In this document: positions 18,658 to 31,359 of the stretch, one piece after another | Layout of the letters: every line of letters begins with the position of its first letter | Position numbering within the stretch: the stretch's first letter is position 1 | Assembly (NCBI GenBank): GCA_900770335.1 | Contig: CAAGKD010000094.1 | Location: 33,789 to 97,788 of the forward strand | Direction of reading: 5' to 3' | DNA length: 64,000 nt | Origin: an uncultured Sutterella sp. | Lineage (GTDB): Bacteria; Pseudomonadota; Gammaproteobacteria; Burkholderiales; Burkholderiaceae_F | Notes under the pieces: generated by a model | Database searches by the model: none | What the model saw: the letters and a program-made list of their open reading frames with translations, nothing else | Told to the model about the DNA's origin: nothing | Program-made: the position numbers and the translations under genes

Positions 18658-20688
18658 TCAGGTCTCGAGTGGATCGACCTCCAGGGTCCAGGCAAGCTTC
18701 GAAGGCGCCCGAATCTCCTGCAGGCTTCGGCTCCAGAGCGCAAGGAAGCGATGAAGCGCCCTGCGGTCCGGGCTCTCGACAAGAAGCTGCCCGCGCTCTC
18801 GGTTCATGAGCCGCACGAGCGGCATGGGGACCGGGTCGTAGACGAGCACCTCCGGCGCATTGATCCCGGCTGCGGCTCGCGCGGCCTCCTCGAGGAAGCG
18901 GATCGCGTCCGCAAGGAGGTCCGCCTCGGCGGTGAGAAGCGCCTGGCGCACGAAGGGCACGCACCCGCTCTCGCGACGCTCCTCGAGCGTGTCGTCCGCA
19001 AAGGCCTCGTAGCTCTGGCTCGCGAGCGCCGCGAAGAGCGGCTCCTCGGGAAAGCGCGTCTGGATGAGGACGCGCCCGCGCGGCCCCGCGCGGCCCGCGC
19101 GACCCGCGACCTGCATGAGCGTGTCGAAAAGCCGCTCGCGCGCCCGCATGGAGGGGCTGAGAATCTGCGCGTCGGGATTGAGCACGACGACGAGCCCCAC
19201 CTTCTGGAAGTCATGACCCTTGGCGATCATCTGCGTGCCGACGAGGATGTCGACCTCGCCGCGGTGGACCTTTTCGAAGGCCTCCTCGGCGGCGCGCTTT
19301 CTCGCGGCGCTGTCGCGGTCAACGCGGATCACGCGGCGCCCGGGGAAAAGCGCTGCGATCTCCTCCTCGATGCGCTCCGTTCCCGTCCCCTTCGGGAGAA
19401 TGTCGACGCTCCCGCAGCCCGGACAGACCTCGGGAACGGACCGGCGCCAGCCGCAGTGGTGGCAGATGAGCGCGTTCTCGCGCTTGTGGTACACGGTGAA
19501 GGCCGAGCACCGGACGCACGAGCTCACCCAGCCGCAGGAGGGGCAGGAGAGAACCGGGGAGTAGCCGCGCCGATTGAGAAAGACGAGCGCCTGGCGCCCT
19601 TCGGCGAGGCAGGCCTCGATCGCGGCGCGCGAAGTCTCCGAGATCATCACGCGCGAGCCTCTCGGCGGAGGGGGCGTGAGCTCGACTTCCGGCAGCTGCG
19701 CGTTCGCCTGCGCCCGCTCCCGGAGCTCGAGGAGCCCGTAGGCGCCCTCCTTCGCCCGCTGCCAGCTCTCGAGCGAGGGCGTGGCCGAGCCGAGCACCGC
19801 GGGGCAGCCGATCCTCGAGGCGCGCCAGACGGCGAGATCACGCGCGCTGTAGCGCATGCCGTCGCCCGCCTTGTAGGAGAGATCGTGCTCTTCGTCGACG
19901 AGGATGAGCCGGAGGTTGCGGAAGCTCGCGAAGATCGCCATGCGGGTGCCGACGAGGATGCGTGCGCCGCCCTCGTGGACTGCAAGCCAAGCCGCCGCGC
20001 GCTCACGGTCCGTGAACTCGGAGTTGAGCGCCGCCACGGCCTCGCGCGGAAACCTCGCCCTCACCCGTCCGACGAGCTGCGGCGTCAGATTGATCTCGGG
20101 CACGAGAAGGAGCACCTGCGCGGAGGAATCCGCGGCGAGCGTGCGCTCAATGAGATGCAGGTACACCTCGGTCTTGCCCGACCCCGTGACGCCGAAGAGG
20201 AGCCACGCCCTGAAGCCCGGCTCGGCGAGCACGGCCTCGACGGCCGCCCTCTGCCCGGCGTTGAGCTCCGGCGCGGGCGCCGCCTCGGGCGCCCGCGGGT
20301 CCGCGACGGGCATCGCCGCGCGAATTCCCTCCATGCGTTGCGCCTGGCGCGGCGTCGGCGTCTTCCTCAGGGCCGACGGAATCGTCGGCAGCGCCGCCTC
20401 GCCCCAGCCGCGCGCGTAATAGACGGAGGCGAAGCGCGTGAGCGCGAGCCATTCCGCTGAAAGCGGCCGGGAGACCCTCAGCACCGACGAGAGGCTCCTC
20501 AGGCGCCGCCCCTCGATCCCGGTCGAGGCCGCGAGCTCCGCGATGACGCCGATCACCTTCCGGGGCCCGAGCGGAACGAGCACGAGGTCTCCCGCCGCCG
20601 CGAGCATGTCCTCGGGCACGCGGTAGTCGAGCGGCGGCAGACCCGGCGCATCAACGAGCACCTTCGCAAACTGTTCGGCCTTTTCCAT
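18658..20688 (-). CDS. priA: Primosomal protein N' (replication restart helicase)
   Basis: 676 aa; Walker A GVTGSGKTEVY; DEEH box; Cys-rich zinc-binding region CPSCGWVSSCVRCSAFTVYHKRENALICHHCG. Confidence 0.9.
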   Translation of the reverse strand: MEKAEQFAKVLVDAPGLPPLDYRVPEDMLAAAGDLVLVPLGPRKVIGVIAELAASTGIEGRRLRSLSSVLRVSRPLSAEWLALTRFASVYYARGWGEAALPTIPSALRKTPTPRQAQRMEGIRAAMPVADPRAPEAAPAPELNAGQRAAVEAVLAEPGFRAWLLFGVTGSGKTEVYLHLIERTLAADSSAQVLLLVPEINLTPQLVGRVRARFPREAVAALNSEFTDRERAAAWLAVHEGGARILVGTRMAIFASFRNLRLILVDEEHDLSYKAGDGMRYSARDLAVWRASRIGCPAVLGSATPSLESWQRAKEGAYGLLELRERAQANAQLPEVELTPPPPRGSRVMISETSRAAIEACLAEGRQALVFLNRRGYSPVLSCPSCGWVSSCVRCSAFTVYHKRENALICHHCGWRRSVPEVCPGCGSVDILPKGTGTERIEEEIAALFPGRRVIRVDRDSAARKRAAEEAFEKVHRGEVDILVGTQMIAKGHDFQKVGLVVVLNPDAQILSPSMRARERLFDTLMQVAGRAGRAGPRGRVLIQTRFPEEPLFAALASQSYEAFADDTLEERRESGCVPFVRQALLTAEADLLADAIRFLEEAARAAAGINAPEVLVYDPVPMPLVRLMNRERGQLLVESPDRRALHRFLALWSRSLQEIRAPSKLAWTLEVDPLET

Positions 20689-20803
20689 GGCGACTCACTA
20701 CTCCTTGTGTCTGCCCGCATTTTTCCAAAGCCTGCGCCCCGCGGATCCCGCGAAGCGTTCCCGGGGAATCCCGGCCGCGCGGAAGGCGCGCTTTCCCCCG
20801 AGC

Positions 20804-20824
20804 TGTGGATAACTTTGTGGATTC
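20804..20824. promoter_or_regulatory. DnaA-box pair in the hemE-priA intergenic region, upstream of priA
   Basis: TGTGGATAA (a perfect reverse complement of TTATCCACA) at 20804-20812, and TGTGGATTC at 20816-20824 in the same orientation. Confidence 0.45.
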
Positions 20825-21017
20825 TTTCGCTCTCCCGGCCCGAGCCCGCCGGACCGCCCTCCGAAACGTTCTGAAATCAGTAATCGCTCATCTTAACTTC
20901 CCTACTGCCGCAATGGAAGACAAGAAACGCGGGACCCGCCGATCATGGCGAATCCCGCGTTCCGATTCCGTCGCCTCCTCAGGGGAAGCTGTGAATAAGT
21001 CCGGCAGGGAAAAACGC

Positions 21018-22091
21018 TCAAGCCGCGTGGAAGCGGCGGCTGTAGCTGTGGACCTCGTCAACGAGGATCCGGACGTTCTCCACCGGCGTGAACTGGTTGA
21101 TGCCGTGGCCGAGATTGAAGACGTGGCCGCCCGTCCCGACGGGACCGTAGGCATCCATCACCTTCCTCGCCTCGCGGCGGATCGTCTCCTCGTCGCCGAA
21201 GAGCGCGAGCGGGTCCATGTTGCCCTGCAGGGCGACGCGGTCGCCGACGACCTTCCTCGCGCGGGCGAGGTTCGTCGTCCAGTCAAGGCCGAGCGCGTCG
21301 CAGCCGCTCTGCGCGCACTCGGCGATCCACTCGCCGCCGCCCTTCGTGAAGACGATGGCGGGAACCCTGCGGCCCTCGGAGACGCGCGTGAGCCGGTCGA
21401 TGACCTTCTTCGTGGCCGCGAGCGAGAAGCGCTGGAAGTCGCCGTCGGCGAGCATGCCGCCCCAGGTGTCGAAGATCTGCACGGCCTGAGCGCCCGCCGC
21501 GATCTGCGCGTTGAGGTAGTCCGCAACCGCCTGCGCGTTGATGTCAAGGATCCGCTCGAAGAGGTCCGGACGGCGGAACATCATCGTCTTGGCGGTCCGG
21601 AAGTCCCGGCTGCCGCGGCCCTCGACCATGTAACAGGCGAGCGTGAAGGGCGAGCCCGAAAAGCCGATGAGCGGAACGCGGTTGTTGAGCGCGCGGCGGA
21701 TGCTGCGCACGGCGGCCGTGACGTAGCCGAGCTTGTCCTCGGGATCGGGGACGAAGAGGCGGTTCACCGCCTCCTCGTCCTGCACGGGATGCGCAAAGAC
21801 GGGGCCCTCGCCCTGAACGAAGGAGAGGCCGAGCCCCATGGCGTCCGGAACGGTGAGGATGTCCGAGAAGAGGATCGCCGCGTCGATGCCGTAGCGGTCG
21901 ATCGGCTGGAGCGTCACCTCCGTCGCGTAGTCCGGATTCTGAGCGAGGTTCATGAAGCTGCCGGCCTTCGCGCGGGTGTTGCAGTACTCGGGCAGATAGC
22001 GCCCTGCCTGACGCATGAGCCAAACCGGCGTGAAGTCGGTGTGTTCGCGCAGGAGCGCACGCAGGAAGCAGTCATTGTCAGGAGTCGTCAT
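21018..22091 (-). CDS. hemE: Uroporphyrinogen decarboxylase
   Basis: N-terminal [28 protein letters not shown] signature; 357 aa. Confidence 0.95.
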   Translation of the reverse strand: MTTPDNDCFLRALLREHTDFTPVWLMRQAGRYLPEYCNTRAKAGSFMNLAQNPDYATEVTLQPIDRYGIDAAILFSDILTVPDAMGLGLSFVQGEGPVFAHPVQDEEAVNRLFVPDPEDKLGYVTAAVRSIRRALNNRVPLIGFSGSPFTLACYMVEGRGSRDFRTAKTMMFRRPDLFERILDINAQAVADYLNAQIAAGAQAVQIFDTWGGMLADGDFQRFSLAATKKVIDRLTRVSEGRRVPAIVFTKGGGEWIAECAQSGCDALGLDWTTNLARARKVVGDRVALQGNMDPLALFGDEETIRREARKVMDAYGPVGTGGHVFNLGHGINQFTPVENVRILVDEVHSYSRRFHAA

Positions 22092-22166
22092 TTCGGGCTT
22101 TTCCGGGAGGTTGGGGTGGGAGCCGCGGTCTTCGCCGCGTGCAGGAGAAAAGGTGGTCTGCGGACA

Positions 22167-22200
22167 AGAAAAAACCGCGCCGTAGGGCGCGGAGTTTTCT
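22167..22200 (-). terminator. Rho-independent terminator downstream of the usp gene
   Basis: aaaaaaccgcgccgtagggcgcggagttttctt: stem ccgcgcc/ggcgcgg. Confidence 0.6.
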
Positions 22201-22227
22201 TCAGGGCCGAAAGTCCGTCGCGCAGCG

Positions 22228-22632
22228 TCAGCGAACGACCAGCACGGGGCGGTCAGCCTGGCTGAGGACCTTCTGGGTCTCGCTGCCGAGCAGGAGCGCG
22301 CCGAAGGTGCCGAGGCCGCGGCTGGCCATCACGATGTAGGTGGCGTTGCAACGGGCCGCGCAGGCGAGGATGCCCTGGGCGACGGTCTCGGCGTGCTCGG
22401 CGACGAGCTCGCACGGCACGCCCGCCTCCTCGGCCTTGCGGGAGATGGCCTCGAGGCGCTCGCGCACGACCGGCTCCTCGTTGGCATAGCCGCCCTCGGG
22501 GGCGGGCGCGAGCACCGAGGTCATGCCGACCACGGAGCCGCCGACCTGCTCGGCAAGGCCGATCGCGGTCTCAACCGCCTTGTCACTCAGATTAGAACCG
22601 TCAGTGGTTACGAGGATCTTAACTGCGCTCAT
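22228..22632 (-). CDS. Universal stress protein (UspA family)
   Basis: [27 protein letters not shown]...[36 protein letters not shown]. Internal ATG chosen. Confidence 0.8.
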   Translation of the reverse strand: MSAVKILVTTDGSNLSDKAVETAIGLAEQVGGSVVGMTSVLAPAPEGGYANEEPVVRERLEAISRKAEEAGVPCELVAEHAETVAQGILACAARCNATYIVMASRGLGTFGALLLGSETQKVLSQADRPVLVVR

Positions 22633-22750
22633 GCATGTCTCCTTGTTGTATTTTCGAGTAGCCGGCAGTTCCGCCAGAAAGAGTTCGCAGGTCAGCCGCA
22701 GGCCCTGCAATCGTACCGCCGGCGGCGATTCCCTGCCGTCGGCCCGGCGG

Positions 22751-23170
22751 TCAGACGCCGCCCTTGATCCGCCGGATCGCCGCGAGTTCGGCGGCGAGCC
22801 CCGAGAGCTCCGCCTCAAGACTCGCGATCTCAAGCTCGCCCGTGGCGTTGCGGCGCGCCTCCTCGAGCGCGGCCATGGCCTCCTTCGCGCGCGCCTCGTC
22901 AAGATCCCGGCTGCGAACGACCGTGTCCGCGAGGACGGTCACCGAATCGGGCTGAACCTCAAGAACGCCGCCTGCGACGAAGATCCGCTCGACCTCGGAC
23001 TCACCCGGCCTTCTCACGCGCACGAAGCCCGGCTTGACGAGCGTGATGAGCGGCAGATGCCCGGCCATCACGCCGAGCTCGCCCGCCGCGCCGGGAAGCG
23101 TCACGAGCTCCGCCTCACCGCTGAAGACGCTCTCGCACGCGCTGACGACATTCACTTTGATCGCTGCCAT
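22751..23170 (-). CDS. atpC: Second tandem paralog of the F1 epsilon subunit of ATP synthase
   Basis: 139 aa, [52 protein letters not shown]..., roughly 65-70% identical by eye to the upstream copy. Separated from it by 130 bp that contain a terminator-like hairpin. Confidence 0.8.
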   Translation of the reverse strand: MAAIKVNVVSACESVFSGEAELVTLPGAAGELGVMAGHLPLITLVKPGFVRVRRPGESEVERIFVAGGVLEVQPDSVTVLADTVVRSRDLDEARAKEAMAALEEARRNATGELEIASLEAELSGLAAELAAIRRIKGGV

Positions 23171-23235
23171 GTCGGGAACCTCCGGAAAGCCTGTGGGGGA
23201 AAACAATCGTATCGCCCGAAGCGCTTCGAGCGGGC

Positions 23236-23274
23236 ATGAAAAAAGCGGATGGGCCCGAAGGCTTCTCCGCTTTC
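23236..23274 (-). terminator. Terminator-like hairpin between the two atpC copies
   Basis: On the minus strand, stem aagcgga/tccgctt is followed by TTTTTT. Confidence 0.45.
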
Positions 23275-23300
23275 GAAGACGTCGTGCAGACCTCTGTGCG

Positions 23301-23720
23301 TCAGAGGTTGTTGCGAAGCTTCTTGATCGCCGCGAGCTGGGCGGCCAGGGCCGAGAGCTCCGCCTCGAGGCGGGCGATCTCGAGATTGCCAGTGGCATGC
23401 TTGCGCGCCTCTTCGGCGGCAGCCATGGCGTCCTTGGTGCGGGCCTCGTCGAGGTCCTTGCTGCGAACAGCCGTGTCCGCAAGGACGGTCACCACATTCG
23501 GCTGAACCTCAAGGATGCCGCCCGCGACGAAGATCTGCTCGACCTCCGTCTCACCGGGCTTGTGCACGCGGACGAAGCCCGGGTGCACGAGGGTGATTAG
23601 CGGGAGATGCCCCGGCATGATGCCGAGTTCGCCAGACGTTCCGGGCAGCGACACGAGTTCGGCCTCGCCGGTGAAGATATGTTCTTCGGCGCTGACGACG
23701 TCGACTTTGATGGTAGCCAT
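23301..23720 (-). CDS. atpC: ATP synthase F1 epsilon subunit (operon copy)
   Basis: [45 protein letters not shown]...; lies directly downstream of atpD. Confidence 0.9.
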   Translation of the reverse strand: MATIKVDVVSAEEHIFTGEAELVSLPGTSGELGIMPGHLPLITLVHPGFVRVHKPGETEVEQIFVAGGILEVQPNVVTVLADTAVRSKDLDEARTKDAMAAAEEARKHATGNLEIARLEAELSALAAQLAAIKKLRNNL

Positions 23721-23786
23721 ATAGGTTGCTCCGTATGTCGGGCGCTCGAACCGGCGGCCCGCTGGGCGGACCGCCTGTTCAAAGCA

Positions 23787-25199
<1,413 letters not shown>

Positions 25200-25223
25200 T
25201 CAGTTATCGATTTTTGTATTCGA

Positions 25224-26108
25224 TTAAGAAGACACGGCGGCGGCACCACCGACGATCTCGGTGATTTCCTTCGTAATGCCGGCCTGGCGAGTCTTGTTGT
25301 AGACGAGCTGCAGATCGTCGATGAGCTTCTTCGCGTTGTCAGAAGCGGCCTTCATGGCGACCATTCGAGCGCTCTGCTCGGAGGCCATGTTTTCTGCAAC
25401 CGCCTGGTAAATCAAAGCCTCGACGTAGCGGCGAAGCAATTCGTCGAGAACGGTTTGGGCGTCAGGCTCGTAGATGTAGTCCCACGAGAATTTGCGCTGA
25501 GGCTCGTCGGCCGAAAGATGCTCGTCCGTGAGGGGCAGGATCTGCTCGACGACCGGGATCTGCTTCATCGCGTTCACAAAGCGGCTGTAGCAAAGGTAGA
25601 CCTTGTCGACCTTCCCTTCGCGATAAGCCTCGATCTGCACGCGGATGGCCCCGATCAGGCGATCGAGCGACGGATGGTCGCCAAGCTGCACAGCCTGGCT
25701 GACGACCGTCGCGCCGAGTCGCTGAAGGAAGCCGAGACCCTTGTTGCCGAGGGCGGAAGCTTCAATCGTGATGCCCTGAGCCGACCACTCCTTGATGCGC
25801 TGCAAAAGCACGCGCTGAATGTTCGTGTTCAGGGCACCCGCGAGGCCCTTGTCGGTGGACACCAGAATGACGCCCACCTTGTTCGAGCCCTTGTTCTGGA
25901 TCAGGAACGGATGCTGATAGTCCGTCACGTTGGCACGGGCAAGATGCGAGCAGATCACTCGAATCATGTCACCGTACGGACGGGCCTCATGCATCCGATC
26001 CTGCGCCTTGCGCATCTTCGAGGCCGCAACCATCTCCATCGCTTTGGTGATCTTGCGCGTGTTCTGCACGCTCTTGATCTTGCCGCGAATTTCCTTTGTA
26101 CTGGGCAT
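25224..26108 (-). CDS. atpG: ATP synthase F1 gamma subunit
   Basis: [36 protein letters not shown]. Confidence 0.95.
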   Translation of the reverse strand: MPSTKEIRGKIKSVQNTRKITKAMEMVAASKMRKAQDRMHEARPYGDMIRVICSHLARANVTDYQHPFLIQNKGSNKVGVILVSTDKGLAGALNTNIQRVLLQRIKEWSAQGITIEASALGNKGLGFLQRLGATVVSQAVQLGDHPSLDRLIGAIRVQIEAYREGKVDKVYLCYSRFVNAMKQIPVVEQILPLTDEHLSADEPQRKFSWDYIYEPDAQTVLDELLRRYVEALIYQAVAENMASEQSARMVAMKAASDNAKKLIDDLQLVYNKTRQAGITKEITEIVGGAAAVSS

Positions 26109-26131
26109 GGAATTGGGTCCTCGATTAAACG

Positions 26132-27673
26132 TTAGATGGCGCCGTTCTTCTTGAACTCAGCGATTGCACCCTTCAGGCGAGCCTCATCCTCCTTGGAGAG
26201 GGCCTTGTTGGTCTCAATCGAGTCGACGAGGTCGGCGTAGTGCGTCTTGAGGTAGTCGCGCATGGCGCGCTCGACCTTCATGGCGTTGGCCACGTTGACG
26301 TCGTCGTAGAAGCCGTTGTTCACGGCGTAAAGAACGAGAGCCTCCTCCCAGACCTGCAGCGGCTGATACTGGGGCTGCTTCATCAGCTCGGTGACGATGC
26401 GGCCGCGCTCGAGCTGCTTGCGGGTGACCTCGTCCAGATCAGAGGCGAACTGGGCGAAGGCCGCGAGGGCGCGATACTGGGCGAGAGCCAGACGGACGCC
26501 GCCGCCGAGCTTCTTGATGACCTTCGTCTGGGCTGCGCCGCCGACTCGGGACACCGAGATGCCCGGGTTGATGGCGGGACGGATGCCGGCGTTGAAGAGG
26601 TCCGTTTCAAGGAAGATCTGACCGTCGGTGATCGAGATCACGTTCGTCGGAACGAACGCGGTCACGTCGCCGGCCTGCGTCTCAATGATCGGCAGAGCCG
26701 TCATCGAGCCGGTCTTGCCCTTGACTTCGCCCTTGGTGAAGCGCTCGACGTAGTCGGGGTTCACGCGGGCGGCGCGCTCCAGGAGACGGCTGTGCAGGTA
26801 GAAGACGTCGCCAGGATAGGCCTCGCGTCCCGGCGGACGACGAAGCAGCAGGGAGATCTGGCGATAGGCCCAGGCCTGCTTGGTAAGGTCATCGTAGACG
26901 ATCAGGGAGTCCTGGCCGCGGTCGCGGAAGTACTCGCCCATCGTGGCGCCGGCGTACGGCGCGATGTACTGCATGGCGGCGGACTCGGAGGCCGTGGCGG
27001 CGACGACGATCGTGTAGTCCATGGCGCCGTGCTCCTCGAGCTTGGCGACAACGTTGGCGATCGTGGAGGCCTTCTGGCCGATGGCCACGTACACGCAGAT
27101 TAGGTCCTTGCCCTTCTGGTTGATGATCGTGTCGAGCGCGACGGCGGTCTTGCCGGTCTGGCGGTCGCCGATGATCAGCTCACGCTGGCCGCGTCCGATC
27201 GGAACCATCGAGTCGATGGACTTAAGGCCGGTCTGGACAGGCTGGGAGACCGACTGACGGTCGATCACGCCCGGTGCGACCTTTTCAATGACGTCGAACG
27301 TCTTGGCCTCGATCGGGCCCTTGCCGTCGATCGGCTGGCCGAGGGCGTTGACGACGCGGCCGATCAGCTCAGGGCCGACCGGGACGGAAAGGATGCGGCC
27401 GGTGGTCTTCACCGTGTCGCCTTCCGAAATGCCTTCGTAGTCGCCGAGAATGACGGCGCCGACGGAGTCGCGCTCGAGGTTCAGAGCAAGGCCGTAGACC
27501 TCGCCCGGGAACTCCAGCATTTCGCCCTGCATCACGTCGCTCAGACCATGAATGCGGGCGATGCCGTCGGACAGCGAGACCACGGTGCCCTGCGTGCGAA
27601 GATCAGCGGAAACGCCGAGGCCTTCGATACGCTTCTTCAGCAGTTCGCTGATTTCACTGGGATTGAGTTGCAT
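26132..27673 (-). CDS. atpA: ATP synthase F1 alpha subunit
   Basis: P-loop GDRQTGKT; 513 aa. Confidence 0.95.
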   Translation of the reverse strand: MQLNPSEISELLKKRIEGLGVSADLRTQGTVVSLSDGIARIHGLSDVMQGEMLEFPGEVYGLALNLERDSVGAVILGDYEGISEGDTVKTTGRILSVPVGPELIGRVVNALGQPIDGKGPIEAKTFDVIEKVAPGVIDRQSVSQPVQTGLKSIDSMVPIGRGQRELIIGDRQTGKTAVALDTIINQKGKDLICVYVAIGQKASTIANVVAKLEEHGAMDYTIVVAATASESAAMQYIAPYAGATMGEYFRDRGQDSLIVYDDLTKQAWAYRQISLLLRRPPGREAYPGDVFYLHSRLLERAARVNPDYVERFTKGEVKGKTGSMTALPIIETQAGDVTAFVPTNVISITDGQIFLETDLFNAGIRPAINPGISVSRVGGAAQTKVIKKLGGGVRLALAQYRALAAFAQFASDLDEVTRKQLERGRIVTELMKQPQYQPLQVWEEALVLYAVNNGFYDDVNVANAMKVERAMRDYLKTHYADLVDSIETNKALSKEDEARLKGAIAEFKKNGAI

Positions 27674-27689
27674 CTTACAGCTCCGAATT

Positions 27690-28241
27690 TTATGCGGTGA
27701 GCGCCGTCTTCATTGCACTGAGACGGGCGCGGATCGAGGCGTCGAGCAGCTTGTCGCCGACATGCACACGCACGCCGCCAATCAATTCCTTCTCGACCGA
27801 GACGACCGGGTGAAGCTTCACTCCCGGGAACTTCTTCGCCAGCGCATCCACCAACGCCTTCAGCTCATCATCGGTGAGCGGGAAGGCAGTCTCGATGAGA
27901 GCGTCAGCAACGCCCTCGGACTGGTTCTTCAGGATACGGAATTGACGCGCGACCTCAGAGAGGGCCTCGGTGCGGCCGTTCTGGATCACGACGCGAAGCA
28001 GATTCTTGACCTCATCGGGCAGATCGGCGCCGAACATGCCCTCGAGCACGCCGTAAAGCTGATCATCCGAGAGTCCGGGATCACCCGCAAGCTGACCGAC
28101 CTGGGGATCACGGGCGATCTGCGCGAGCTGCGTGACCGACTCCAAAACCCGGGTCATTTCCTGTGCGCTGGCTTTACGTTCCTGAAGAGCCTCCATGAGG
28201 CCTTCGGCGTAAGGGCGCGCTATCGTCGAAAGTTCCGCCAT
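27690..28241 (-). CDS. atpH: ATP synthase F1 delta subunit
   Basis: [18 protein letters not shown]...; 183 aa (OSCP-like). Confidence 0.9.
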   Translation of the reverse strand: MAELSTIARPYAEGLMEALQERKASAQEMTRVLESVTQLAQIARDPQVGQLAGDPGLSDDQLYGVLEGMFGADLPDEVKNLLRVVIQNGRTEALSEVARQFRILKNQSEGVADALIETAFPLTDDELKALVDALAKKFPGVKLHPVVSVEKELIGGVRVHVGDKLLDASIRARLSAMKTALTA

Positions 28242-28243
28242 AG

Positions 28244-28714
28244 TTAGAGCTTCGCCTTCAGTTGATCAAGCAGTTGGGCATGAACGGTCTTGTCGACTTC
28301 GCGAGCAAGAATCTGTTCGGCGCCCTGGACGGCAAGCGCAGCCACCTGATCGCGGAGCTGATCGCGAGCTTGCTGAACCTGAGTAACAGCTTCAGCCTTG
28401 GCGGACTCGATGATGCGGTCGGCTTCGGCGGTGGCCTGAGCCTTGGCATCCTCGACGATCGCGAGGGCGCGCTTCTCACCGTCAGCGACGATGGTGGAGG
28501 CGCGAGCACGGGCGGCCGCCTCAATGGCCTTGCCCTGCTCGGTCGCGACGGCAAGGGCCTTCTCGCCCTTGTTCGCAGCGGCCAGGCCGTCAGCAATCTT
28601 CTTCTGCCGCTCTTCAATCGCGTGAATCAGCGGTGGCCAGATGTACTTCATGGTGACCCAGGCACCAAGTAAGAACACGACCATCTGTACAAACAGAGAG
28701 GCATTAATGTTCAT
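28244..28714 (-). CDS. atpF: ATP synthase F0 b subunit
   Basis: A single N-terminal TM segment followed by a long charged Ala/Glu/Lys-rich helix; 156 aa. Confidence 0.9.
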   Translation of the reverse strand: MNINASLFVQMVVFLLGAWVTMKYIWPPLIHAIEERQKKIADGLAAANKGEKALAVATEQGKAIEAAARARASTIVADGEKRALAIVEDAKAQATAEADRIIESAKAEAVTQVQQARDQLRDQVAALAVQGAEQILAREVDKTVHAQLLDQLKAKL

Positions 28715-28811
28715 TGTTGAACCCCGTTATGTCAGCAGCGCCGCGCAAGTCCTCGGGCAGCGCTGCGGACAGCGTCATTGAAAAGAAAGACGTTTGTCGT
28801 ACGGCTTCGAA

Positions 28812-29066
<255 letters not shown>

Positions 29067-29119
29067 CTAAATACTAAAAAGGGAGTTGACAAAGTTGATG
29101 AAAGAAAAGGAATTGTCTG

Positions 29120-29950
29120 TCAGTGGCTGCTGTGGGCTTGTCCGATATAGACCAGCGTCAGCATCATGAAGATGAATGCCTGCAACAGAACAATAAGCAC
29201 ATGGAAGAGCCACCAGACCATGCCGGCGATGGCTTGTCCAAGTCCAGCAGCCGCAGCACCGGGAAGCGAGAACTCAAGCATGTAGCCGCCCAGGAGCGCG
29301 ATGAGGAAGAACACGAGCTCGCCGGCGTACATGTTGCCGAAGAGTCGCATACCGAGCGAAACGAACTTCGCGCAGTATTCAATCATGTTCATGAGGAAGT
29401 TGATCGGCCACAGGAGCGGGAACTTGCCGAACGGAGCTGTGAAGAGCTCGATGATGAAGCCCGAGAGGCCCTTGACCTTGATGCCGTAGTAGAAGAGCAG
29501 GACCAGGACGCCGAAGGACAAGCCGAGCGTGCCGTTGAGGTCGGCGGTCGGAAGCGGACGGAGGTGATCGAGGCCGACGCCCTTGGCGAGCCACGGGAAG
29601 AGGTCGACCGGAATGAGGTCGATCATGTTCATCATCGCGACCCAGCAGAAGACCGTGAGCGCTAGCGGGGCGATGTAGGTGCGATCGCCGTGGACGATGC
29701 TCTTCGCCTGATTGTTCACCATCTCGACGAGCATCTCGACGGCGCACTGCATCTTGCCCGGAACGCCGGAGGTCGCCTTCTTGGCGCCCATGCGGAGCAG
29801 GAAGAACACGATGAGGAGGCAAAGGACCGCGAAGAAGATCGTGTCGTAGTTGAGGACCGAGAAGTCAATGATCCCGTTCTGGTGCACCGACTGAAGGTGC
29901 GCCATGTGGTGCTGAATGTACTCGGTAGCGCTAGGGCTCTCTACTGTCAT
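29120..29950 (-). CDS. atpB: ATP synthase F0 a subunit
   Basis: 276 aa; conserved Arg in the LRLFGNMYAGELVF region. Confidence 0.9.
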   Translation of the reverse strand: MTVESPSATEYIQHHMAHLQSVHQNGIIDFSVLNYDTIFFAVLCLLIVFFLLRMGAKKATSGVPGKMQCAVEMLVEMVNNQAKSIVHGDRTYIAPLALTVFCWVAMMNMIDLIPVDLFPWLAKGVGLDHLRPLPTADLNGTLGLSFGVLVLLFYYGIKVKGLSGFIIELFTAPFGKFPLLWPINFLMNMIEYCAKFVSLGMRLFGNMYAGELVFFLIALLGGYMLEFSLPGAAAAGLGQAIAGMVWWLFHVLIVLLQAFIFMMLTLVYIGQAHSSH

Positions 29951-29962
29951 GAGGACCTATCC

Positions 29963-30394
29963 TTAGTTTTTCTTAAGGAGCAGTACGAAATAGCTGTTCA
30001 CCACCGCGATCAGTGCAATGAGAAAAGCCGGCCAGTTCAGTTCGCCGTAAAGCCGGCTCGCGAGGAGGAGCAGCAATATGACGCACATGATTTTTACAAA
30101 TTCACCGAGCAGCATCACCATGACGCCGGCGCTGGCACTCAGATGCAGCTGTCTTCTAGCAAGAAGAATGGCCGCGAGAATCGTGGTCATCAAGGCGTAG
30201 GGCAGACCGCCCAGAAGGGCGGACCATCCCGCGTGCTCCCCGAAGAACAGGGCGCCCAAAAGGGCTGCCAGCACCGCGATGGCGTACTGCGCAAGAACGA
30301 CGCGCATCATATCAGAACAGCCGTGCATTCTTTCGCATACCACTGTGAATTTAGGATTGGGGGAAAGTTTACTTCCTGTAGTAACTCGCAACAA
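29963..30394 (-). CDS. atpI: ATP synthase protein I; start codon uncertain
   Basis: Small hydrophobic protein directly upstream of atpB; the likely start is an internal Met near 30310. Confidence 0.55.
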   Translation of the reverse strand: MLRVTTGSKLSPNPKFTVVCERMHGCSDMMRVVLAQYAIAVLAALLGALFFGEHAGWSALLGGLPYALMTTILAAILLARRQLHLSASAGVMVMLLGEFVKIMCVILLLLLASRLYGELNWPAFLIALIAVVNSYFVLLLKKN

Positions 30395-30456
30395 TCTACC
30401 AAAGCACTACCGGGTTCTATCCCTTACGAGGTAGATGCGCACCGTCCGGGTGCGGT

Positions 30457-31344
30457 TCAGAGCGGCTTGCGCTGGATGTGGTCGACGATGCCCTGGAGCT
30501 GGTCGATGCTCGAGAACTCGATGACGATCCGGCCCTTGCCCTGGCGGGTTGCGGAGAGCTTGACGACCGCTCCGAGGGTCTCGGCGAGCGATTCCTCGAG
30601 CCGCTCGCCGTCCCTCGTCCGGACGATGACCCGGCCGGACTTGCCCGATTCGGGCCTTCCGGCGGCGAGGCGCCTCACAAGGTCCTCGGTCTGGCGGACG
30701 GAAAGTCCGCGGGAGGCGACGGTCTTGGCCGCGGTGATCTGCTCAGCGCCCTCAAGTCCGAGGAGCGCGCGGGCGTGCCCCATCTCGAGCTCGCCCTCGC
30801 TCACCATGCGCCGCACCTCCTCGGTGAGGTCAAGCAGCCTCAGAAGATTGGTCGTCGCAGGGCGCGAGCGCCCGATCGCGCGGGCCGCGGATTCATGCGT
30901 GAAGCTGAACTCGTCGATGAGCCGCTGCACGCCCTGAGCCTCCTCGATGGGATTGAGGTTCTCGCGCTGGATGTTCTCAATGAGTCCGATCACAAGGGCG
31001 TGCTCGTCGTCGACGTTCTCGACGATGACCGGCACAGACTCAAGGCCGGCGAGCCTTGAGGCGCGCAGGCGCCGTTCGCCGGCGAGGCATTCGTACTCCC
31101 CGTCTCCGAGCTCACGGACGAGGATCGGATTGAGCAGGCCCTGCTCGCGGATGGAGTCGGCGAGCTCGGCGATCGAGGCTTCGTCCATCTTCGTGCGGGG
31201 CTGGTAGCGCCCGGCGCGAATCCGGTCGACGGCGACCGTCTCCAGGCGCTTGCCGCCGACGGCCTCGTCAAAGGCGTCTCCGCCCATCTCGCCCATGAAG
31301 AGCGCGTCAAGTCCGCGGCCGAGACCCTTTTCCCTTCCCTTCAC
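30457..31344 (-). CDS. parB: Chromosome partitioning protein ParB
   Basis: GRGLDALF...; ParB-box and HTH region; 295 aa. Confidence 0.9.
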   Translation of the reverse strand: MKGREKGLGRGLDALFMGEMGGDAFDEAVGGKRLETVAVDRIRAGRYQPRTKMDEASIAELADSIREQGLLNPILVRELGDGEYECLAGERRLRASRLAGLESVPVIVENVDDEHALVIGLIENIQRENLNPIEEAQGVQRLIDEFSFTHESAARAIGRSRPATTNLLRLLDLTEEVRRMVSEGELEMGHARALLGLEGAEQITAAKTVASRGLSVRQTEDLVRRLAAGRPESGKSGRVIVRTRDGERLEESLAETLGAVVKLSATRQGKGRIVIEFSSIDQLQGIVDHIQRKPL

Positions 31345-31359
31345 TTCGCTCCCCCTCCG

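Noticed and set aside
18078-18782. A long 234-aa ORF extending upstream of the DUF971 protein and across the tRNA
   Set aside because: The extension is Arg-rich and overlaps the tRNA-Arg gene. The conserved domain begins at the internal Met at 18491.
22751-23482. A 243-aa ORF suggesting a long N-terminal extension on the second atpC
   Set aside because: The extension is a low-complexity Arg/Ser/Pro run. The epsilon homology begins at the internal ATG (23170), which leaves room for a spacer and terminator.
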